This document shows, one piece after another, positions 9,083 to 17,900 of a stretch of DNA of 64,000 nucleotides (position 1 is its first letter; every line of letters begins with the position of its first letter). The notes under the pieces were generated by a model, which made no database searches, had not been told where the DNA came from, and was given only the letters and a program-made list of their open reading frames with translations. The stretch is from assembly GCA_937902425.1 (NCBI GenBank), contig CALFNB010000065.1, forward strand, positions 3,167 through 67,166. The letters are read 5' to 3'. Origin of the DNA: an uncultured Acetobacteraceae bacterium. Lineage in GTDB: Bacteria > Pseudomonadota > Alphaproteobacteria > Acetobacterales > Acetobacteraceae. Made by a program: the position numbers and the translations under genes.

Positions 9083-10951
9083 TCAGGCCGGCATTGCCTC
9101 AAAGACATAAGGCTCCAGGGAATTCTGGGCCGCACCACGAAGTTCGTGCCATTTTCGCGGCCCCCCGTAGTAGGCCAGGCTGCCAGGCTCCGCGGCCCCG
9201 TCTCCGTTGTAATAGGAAATGCAGTCGCGCAAGGGGCGGGTACTTATGTCGGCCTCGCGGCAATGCTCCGCATAGGCGTTCTCCGGTGCTTTCCTGATGT
9301 CGACGATGTTGGCGCCGCGCGCGCGCAGTGTCTTCAGCATCCAGATCACATAGTCGGTATGACCCTCGATCCCGCGGGTGAAATTGAACTGTCCGCCGCC
9401 GCCCTGGGGTCCTGACATGATGAACAGGTTGGGAAATCCGTGACTGTGAAGGCCGAGGAAAGTCTTCACGCCTTCCGCCCCCCACTTATCTCGCAGGGTT
9501 TTTCCGCCGCGGCCGGTGATCATATTGAATGTCGATGTCGCCATCCATTGAAAGCCGGTCGCGTAGATCAGAACGTCTACCGGATATTCCACGCCATCAT
9601 GAACCACACCCCTCGCGTTGATTTTGCTGACGCCAAGCGGCGCCGTATCGACCAGCGTCACGTGCGGCAAATTGAATGTCGGCAGGTACTCGTCGTGGAA
9701 CGTCGGCCGCTTGCAGCCATAGGTATAATAAGGCTTGAGCGCCGCTGCGGTTTTCGGATCCTTGACGATCGCATCGACCCGGGCGCGGATCTGTTCCATG
9801 ATCCGGAAGTTGGTGTTGAGCTGCTTTTCCATCAACTCTTCCGGCGACAGTTCTCTTTCGTACTGCCTGCGTTCCCTGAAATCGGCGACCTTGCCCGAGA
9901 GATAGTCGTCGTTGCCTTTAAGCGCGGTTCGTCCGGATGAAATCCTGGCGAGCCGTTCACGCCTGGCCCGTGCCCAACCCGGCTCTTGCGACCAGGTTTC
10001 GATTTCCTCCGGTGTCGTCGCGCGCTGATCGCGCACGTCGATGGTGGAAGGGGTCCGCTGAAAGACGTATAGCTGCGTCACGACTTTGGCGATTTCCGGG
10101 ATGACCTGCACGGCGGTCGCACCCGTCCCAATAATTCCGACGCGCTTGCCTTCGAGGTCGACGTTATAGTCCCACCGGGATGTATGGAAGGCTTTGCCTT
10201 TGAAAGTCTCCATGCCTTCGATACGGGCCAGCTTCGGGGTCGTCAGGATGCCGTTCGCCAGCACCACGTAACGCGCGCGCATTTTGTCGCCGCGGTCGGT
10301 GAAGACCGTCCAACGGCCGGTGGTTTCATCCCACATCGTGCGCTCGACGGTGGTGTGAAACAGGCAGTGATCATAGAAGCCGTACTTCTCCGCCATGCTC
10401 TGGCAGTATTCGAGAATTTCGAACCCCGAAGCGAATTTCATCGTCGGGAAGTATCCCATCTCCTCCAGCAGAGGCAGATAACTGTACGATTCGACGTCGC
10501 AGGCGATGCCGGGATAGCGGTTCCAGTACCAGGTGCCCCCGACGTCGCCGCCTTTTTCGCAGAACCGGACATCGTGAAACCCGGCCTCACGAAGTTTGTG
10601 CCAGAGCAGCAGGCCGGCGAAGCCCGCACCTATCACCAGAATCTCGCACTCGTCGGTCAAGGATTCCCGTTCGACGGGGGGCGCCGAATAAACATCCTCG
10701 AGGTACTTGGCGAACTCGCCTTCCATGGCGATGTAATCGGCCGCCCCCTGTCTCGCCTCTTTGAAAGCGCGATATTTGGCTTGTTCCTCGGCGTTGAACA
10801 CAGCGCCCGGCGGCGGCGGAGGCAGCGTCTTGAGCGCTTCGTCTTCAATCGTCGAATAACCCTTGCCGGCGATCTTCTCGGTTGCCTTGGCGGCGCGGGT
10901 GTTAAAGATCTTGAAGCCCATGGTCTCGTCAGCTCGGATTGGCAGCGTCAT
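9083..10951 (-). CDS. Type I Baeyer-Villiger / flavin-containing monooxygenase
   Basis: GAGFAG, GGTWYWNRYPG, fingerprint FKGKAFHTSRWD, GTGATA, GCKRP; start uncertain. Confidence 0.92.
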   Translation of the reverse strand: MTLPIRADETMGFKIFNTRAAKATEKIAGKGYSTIEDEALKTLPPPPPGAVFNAEEQAKYRAFKEARQGAADYIAMEGEFAKYLEDVYSAPPVERESLTDECEILVIGAGFAGLLLWHKLREAGFHDVRFCEKGGDVGGTWYWNRYPGIACDVESYSYLPLLEEMGYFPTMKFASGFEILEYCQSMAEKYGFYDHCLFHTTVERTMWDETTGRWTVFTDRGDKMRARYVVLANGILTTPKLARIEGMETFKGKAFHTSRWDYNVDLEGKRVGIIGTGATAVQVIPEIAKVVTQLYVFQRTPSTIDVRDQRATTPEEIETWSQEPGWARARRERLARISSGRTALKGNDDYLSGKVADFRERRQYERELSPEELMEKQLNTNFRIMEQIRARVDAIVKDPKTAAALKPYYTYGCKRPTFHDEYLPTFNLPHVTLVDTAPLGVSKINARGVVHDGVEYPVDVLIYATGFQWMATSTFNMITGRGGKTLRDKWGAEGVKTFLGLHSHGFPNLFIMSGPQGGGGQFNFTRGIEGHTDYVIWMLKTLRARGANIVDIRKAPENAYAEHCREADISTRPLRDCISYYNGDGAAEPGSLAYYGGPRKWHELRGAAQNSLEPYVFEAMPA

Positions 10952-11353
10952 AACGAATTGGCTCTCACAGTCGGGTTGGAGACGTTCAGGCCGACGTTTC
11001 CCCGAAGGGCGGCCCGTCCTGGGGTACGTGTCTCGGGGCGGCGTGTATCGTGAATGCAGGTTAGCCACTGATTTTGACACTCCGCAACAGTCACCCCTCC
11101 GGCGGGATGGATGGAGCCTTGCCATTGGCGCGGTAGCGTGACCGCCGCGACGCCACGATAAGGTGATTCTCAGGTACGCGGTGTCCAGGTAATGGGTAAC
11201 ATCCAAACATCCTCCCGCGTTCGGCTACGGCATGCGCACATCTTCCGCGGGATGCCGGGACGTCGCGCTCGAGGCTCGGCAAGCAAGTCAGTAAGGCGTT
11301 ACCACGAAGGACGCGAAGGCCACTGGAGCACACGAAGCAGGAAGATTTTTGGG

Positions 11354-11392
11354 CGCTTCGCGCGGGCGTGCTTGCCTGTACCGCGCGAAGCG
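11354..11392. repeat. Intergenic inverted repeat (12-bp stem), REP/MITE-like
   Basis: CGCTTCGCGCGG (11354-11365) and CCGCGCGAAGCG (11381-11392), preceded by short CACGAAG/CGCGAAG repeats. Confidence 0.45.
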
Positions 11393-11982
11393 TCACCCCC
11401 TCCTGCTCCTTTATGAAACCCGCGCCAATTTCCCGACGCGTCAGTTCCGTGTAAGGCATGTGCGGTGATCAAACCAAAGCGTCTGACCAGGTGAAAGCAC
11501 GATGACAAAGCTAATGTCTCAGCATTCATGAGGTGTGCCGTTGTTCGCTGCACCCGCGCCCTGGTCGCGTGATCCGCGGTGACGATCTGCACCAGCTGCC
11601 TGATGCACGACAACTCAAGATATTCGCGAACCGGCCGCCGGTGATCGCCCTTACCACCTCCGATGAACGCGAGGCGCTGAGACCTGAACCCCGATGCCTC
11701 GCGGCGGTCCATTTTGGAGTGCACCGCGCCTACCGTTAATGTATCGGTATAATCAGGTTATTTGTCAAGATATCGATGAGTGTTTAAGAGCAGCCAGGAG
11801 TTCGTCGCGCTCCTCGTGTCCACTGTGAAAGCACGAAACATCGACCAGATACCGCCCACCTCCGGGTGTCGCGCGGGCGCCGGTTCGTGCTATGAACAAT
11901 GGTCGTCGCCGTTGGCGCGTAGCCAGCGGCGACCGAGCCTCACTAAAACAACGCAAGCTCAACGCGCCATCGAAAGGTTACA

Positions 11983-14900
11983 TTGACACTCATCATAAAC
12001 CGCGCCTTTGGCATCATGAACCGCGTCTTCGGGCGCGGATCGCCGGTTTCCCCCTGGGGCAGTGGCGAACCGATCCGCGAGGAACTGTTCAGCGTCGAAC
12101 GGCTTGAGGAGCACGCGCGCAGCCTGGCGGTCGCGCAACAGGTCACGCCCAGGCCGACGCGGGGTCATCGCCTGGCCGGCCGCCTCGCCGACAACGCCGC
12201 CGTGTTGCTCGACGCCTACCGGTCGGTCGCCAACGCGATCGATGAGCGCCGCGCGATCACGCCGGCGGCCGAATGGCTGGTCGACAATTATTATCTGGTC
12301 GAACGGCAGATCCGCGAGATCCGCGCTGCTTTGCCACCCGGGTACTACCGGCAGCTACCGAAGCTGGCCAACGGGCCATTCGCCGGATATCCGCGCGTGT
12401 TCGGCGTCGCCTGGGCGTTTGTCGCCCACACCGACAGCCACTTCGATACCGAGATGCTGTGCCGCTTCGTGACCGCCTATCAGGAGGTGCAGCCGCTGAC
12501 GATCGGCGAACTCTGGGCTGTCGCGATCACCCTCAGGATCGTACTGGTCGAAAACCTCAGGCGGCTCGCGGAACGCATTACCCAGAGCAGCACGGCACGG
12601 CTGGAGGCCGACAAGCTCGCCGACCGCCTGCTGGGTGTGGGCGGGCGAGCCAGCGAACCGGTGGCGGCCGTGCTCGCCAGGTTCGCGGGCAAACCGTTGG
12701 CGGACGCGTTCTCGGTCCAGCTCGTGCACAGGCTGCGCGACCAGGACCCAAGGATCACGCCCGCGCTGCTGTGGCTCGACGAGCAACTCGCGGCGCATGG
12801 ATCCTCGGCGGACGCGGCCGTGCGCGACGAACACCAGAGGCAAGGGTCCGGTGCCGTCAGCGTGCGCAACATCATCACCAGCATGCGGGTGATTTCCGAC
12901 GTCGACTGGCCCGACCTGGTCGAGCGCATCAGCCTGGTGGACGGAGTGCTCTCCGCCGGCGGTTCGTTTCGCGACATGGACTTTCCGACGCGCGATCTGT
13001 ACCGGCGCGCCGTCGAGGAGCTGGCACGTGGCGCGAACCGCGCGGAACTCGAGGTCGCCCGCGATGCGGTGCTCGCGGAGCGACAGTCGGCGTGCACGCA
13101 TGGCACGGTGGAAAAAGCCCGTCGCGCGGATCCCGGGTACCACCTGTTCGCCGGCGGTCGCCGCGCGTTCGAGGCGAAGATCGGCTTCCGGCCACCGCTA
13201 GATACACTGGCCAACCGCCTCGGTCAGAGGTGCGGCATCAGCGGTTACGTGGTTGCCGTCGTCACGGTCGCCGCGATCCTCCTCGCCATTCCGTTGTTCA
13301 TTCTGCATTCGCAAGGGGCGGGTCCGGAGTGGCTGAGCCTGCTTACCCTGTTGGGCTCGATCCCCGCCATTGACGCGGCGGTCGCCCTGGTGAACCGCGG
13401 CATCACGCACGGATTTGGTGCGACCCTGTTGCCCGCTTTGGAGCTTCGCGGTGGGGTGCCCGCGCACCTGCGGACCGTCGTCGCGGTGCCAACACTGCTG
13501 ACCACGGTCGATGCGATCGAAGAACAGATCGAGCGTCTGGAGATCCACCATCTGGCGAGTCCGGAGGGCGATTTGCATTTCGCTCTGCTTTCCGACTGGC
13601 TGGACGCCACGACCGAACATGTCGAAGGCGACGCGGCGCTGCTGGAAGCCGCGGTGGCCGGTGTCGCGCGGCTCAATCAGCGGTACGGCCCGGCGCCCGG
13701 CGGCAACCGCTTTTTGCTGCTGCACCGGAAACGCGTGTGGAACGATGGCGAGGCGCGGTGGATCGGCTGGGAGCGCAAGCGCGGCAAGCTGCATGAACTG
13801 AATCGCCTGCTGCGCGGTGCGACAGATACCAGTTTCATGAACCTCGGCGAGCCATCGCGAACGGGTCCCGGCACGATGGCCCCCGGTCCAAACGTTCCGG
13901 CTGACGTTCGTTACGTCATCACACTCGACGCCGATACAAGGCTGCCGCGCGACACCGTCCGCCGTCTGATCGGCAAGATGGCGCACCCGCTCAATCGGCC
14001 GGGTTTCGACCCCGCCGCGGGCCGGGTCGTGGAGGGTTACGCGGTGCTGCAACCAAGGGTAACCCCCGCGTTGCCGGTTGGCCGCGAAGGTTCCCTGTTC
14101 CAGCGCGTGTTTTCCGGCATGAACGGCATCGACCCTTATGCCGCCGCCGTCTCGGACGTCTACCAGGACCTGTTCGGCGAAGGGTCCTATGCCGGCAAAG
14201 GCATCTATGACGTCGACGCGTTCGAGGTGGCACTCGCCGGACGGGTCCCCGACTCGACCATGTTGAGCCACGATCTGTTCGAGGGCAGCTTCGCCCGCGC
14301 CGGCCTCGCGTCGGACATCGAGGTGGTCGAGGATTTTCCAACCCGCTATGACGTCGCCGCGATGCGCCACCATCGTTGGGCCCGCGGCGACTGGCAATTG
14401 CTGCCGTGGATATTCGGGCGCCGGCCGCTCGCCGACACATCCCAATCGGCGGGCCAAGGGGCGGCCCCGTATGGGAACGATGCACGCGGCGGTGTTCCGG
14501 CTCTGGGCCGCTGGAAGATGCTCGATAACCTGCGGCGAACGGCGTCCGCCCCCGCTTGCGTGCTGTCCCTGCTGGCGGCGTTCGCGTTGCCGCTTCCCGC
14601 CGCGTCGGTTTGGGTGGGCTTCGTTCTGCTGACGATCCTGCTGCCTTCGCTCATTCCGGTCATCAGCGCGGTGGTGCCAAGGCGCGCCGGGATCGTGCCG
14701 CGCAGCCACCTCGGCGCGCTAGGTACCGACGTGAAGATGGCGCTGGCGCAGTTCATACTCGCCATCGCTTTCATGGCGCACCAGGCGTGGCTGATGATCG
14801 ATGCGATCGCGCGAACCCTGGCACGGCTGTTCATCACGCACCGGCGTCTGCTGGAGTGGGTTCCGGCGGCCCAGGTGACGGTCGGTGCGCGATTGGATTT

Positions 14901-17900
14901 GCCCGGGTTTTATCGCGTGATGGCCGGTGGAGTCGCCGCCGGGGTCGCGGCGCTGCTCGTAGCCCAGATGTTCGGGCATGGCACCTGGCCATTGGCGTTG
15001 CCGTTCGCCGGTCTCTGGATCGCCTCACCGGCGCTCGCGCGGTGGACCAGCCTGTCGCCGTCGACCGCGGATCAAATCCCGCTGTCGGCCGCCGACGCCG
15101 ATAGCCTGCGGCAGATCGCCCGGCGCACCTGGCGGTTTTTCGAGACCTTCGTGACGCCGGCCGACAACATGCTGCCACCGGACAATTTCCAGGAGGACCC
15201 GGTCCCGGCCGTCGCGCACCGGACCTCTCCAACAAATCTCGGCCTTTATCTGTTATCGGTGGCGACCGCGCGCGATTTCGCCTGGCTTGGGACCATCGAG
15301 GCGGTTGAGCGGCTGGAGGCGACGCTGACCAGCATGGGCCGTCTTGCCCGCTTTCGTGGGCATTTCTTCAACTGGTACGACACGGTCGACCTGCGCACGC
15401 TCGATCCTCCCTATGTCTCCACGGTCGACAGCGGCAATCTCGCCGGACATCTGATCACGCTCGCCAACGCCTGCCGGGAGTGGACCGTTGCCTCACCGAC
15501 GGTGGCGCAACGCCTTGGCGGCATCGCGGATGCCGTCAATCTGGCCCGTGCGGCGGCAAACCAGCTACACGACGGTCGGCGTACCCAGACCGTGACCTGG
15601 CACCAGCTCGATGAAACGCTGACCGCCCTCGAAGCCGGTCTGCATCAGGCGGACGGGGACAATGAGGGCCTCGCGGACAGGCTGACGGAGCTTGCCGCGC
15701 GTGCCGATACGACGGCCGACGTGGCATCTGGCTTCGCGACCGAGCGCGGCGCGAGCGAACGAGGCGACGACACCGGTGCTGACATGGTATTCTGGATCAC
15801 GGCGGTGCGCCGTACGATCGAGAGCCATCGCCGTGACATCGGACAGTCGCCCGTTGCCGTTATCGACCTGGCGGCGCGCCTCGCGTCCCTCGAAGCGATC
15901 GCGCGCGCGACGGCGCTGGAGATGGGTTACGGCTTCCTGCTCGACCCCGACCGCAAGCTGTTGTCGATCGGCTATCAGGTGCGGGAGGGCGTTCTCGACC
16001 CGAGCTGTTACGATCTGCTCGCCTCCGAGGCCCGGCTCGCGAGTTTCATCGCGGTGGCCAAGGGCGACGTTCCGGCACGTCACTGGTTCCATCTCGGCCG
16101 CGCCGTCACGCCGATCGCCAATGGCGCGGCGCTGATCTCATGGTCCGGTTCGATGTTCGAATACCTCATGCCCTCGCTGGTCATGCGCGCGCCGACAGGC
16201 AGCCTGATCGAGCAAACCACGAAACTGATCGTGCGGCGGCAGATCGCCTATGGTCATTCGCTCGGTCTGCCCTGGGGGGTCTCGGAGTCGGCCTATAACG
16301 CTCGCGATCTGGAATTCACCTACCAATACTCGAACTTCGGCGTGCCCGGCCTGGGTTTGAAACGCGGTCTGGGCGATAATGTCGTCCTGGCGCCCTATGC
16401 CACGGCGCTCGCCACGATGGTCGATCCGCGGGCCGCGGCACGCAACTTCGCCGTGCTCGCCAGCATCGGAGCCCGCGGCCGCTACGGCTATTACGAGGCG
16501 CTCGACTATACGCCGGCGCGATTGCCCGAGGGCGAGACCGTCGCGATCGTGCGCGCCTACATGGCCCACCACCAGGGCATGACGATCGTCGCCATCGCCG
16601 ACGCGTTGCTGGACGGTGCGATGCGCACGCGTTTCCATACCGAACCGATGGTGCAGGCAACCGAGTTGCTGCTGCAGGAGCGGACGCCACGGGACGTCGC
16701 CGCGGTGCACCCATGGGCCGCCGACGCCAGAGTGGACGGGCAGGTGCGGGAAATTGAACCGCAGGGGGGCAGGCGGTTTGCCGCCGCGCATTCTCCCGGC
16801 CTCGCCACCCACCTGCTTTCCAACGGCCATTACGCTGTCATGCTGACGGGCGCCGGCTCCGGTTACAGCCGCTGGCGGGGGTTGGCGGTGACCCGCTGGC
16901 GCGAGGATGCCACGTGCGACGACTGGGGTTCTTACGTCTTCCTGCGGGACGCCGTCACTGGCGACGTGTGGTCGGCCGGCTTCCAGCCAACGGCCGCCGA
17001 GCCGAATGCCTACGCGGTGGCCTTCAACGAGGACCGCGCCGAATTCTCCCGGCGTGACCGGACCCTGACGACGTCAATGGAGGTGCTGGTCTCGCCGGAA
17101 GACGATGCCGAGGTCCGGCGGATCTCGATCGCCAACTACGGCGTCAGGACCCGCGAGATCGACGTGACGTCCTATGCCGAACTCGTGCTTGGGCGGCAGG
17201 CCGACGACGTCGCGCACCCGGCATTCATGAAGTTGTTCGCCGTGACCGAGTATCTCGCCGATCAGGGCACCATCCTGGCGACGCGGCGGCGGCGGTCGCC
17301 CGATGAACAGGAAATCTGGGCCGCGCATTTGGCGATCGTCGATGGCGAGGTGGTGGGCAGGGCCGAGGTGGAGACCGACAGGGCCCGGTTCCTCGGCCGC
17401 GGCCACGGCGTCCGCCGGCCGATTTCCGTGATCGATGGCCGGCCGTTGTCCAACACGGTCGGCACCGTCCTCGATCCCGTGTTCGCCTTGCGCCGCCGCG
17501 CGCGGGTCGCACCCGGGGCGACCGTGCGCATCGCGTATTGGACGATGGTCGCCGCGTCTCGGGAAGCGGTTCTCGATCTCGTCGATAAACATCGCGACAT
17601 CTCCGCGTTCGAGCGAGCTGCCACGCTGGCGTGGACCCAGGCACAGGTGCAGCTTCACCACCTTGGCATCGATCCGGGCGAAGCCAGCATGTTCCAGCGG
17701 GTCGCTGGCCACCTGCTGCATGCCGGACCGACGCTGCGACCGTCGTCCAGCACCATCTTGCGCGGTGGCGGCGAGCAGTCCGGGCTCTGGCCGATGGGCA
17801 TTTCCGGCGACCTGCCGATTGTCCTGTTGCGCATCGCCGACGTCGAGAATGTCGACCTCGCGCGCCGGTTGCTTAAAGCCCATGAGTACTGGCGGATGAA

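Noticed and set aside
11500-11850. Possible receiver-domain remnant (LHQLPDARQLK..PPVIALT)
   Set aside because: Similarity is too short and fragmented to support without an alignment.
11983-11996. FNR-like TTGAC-N4-ATCAT at the cgs start
   Set aside because: Overlaps the coding start, so the position is inconsistent with an activator site.
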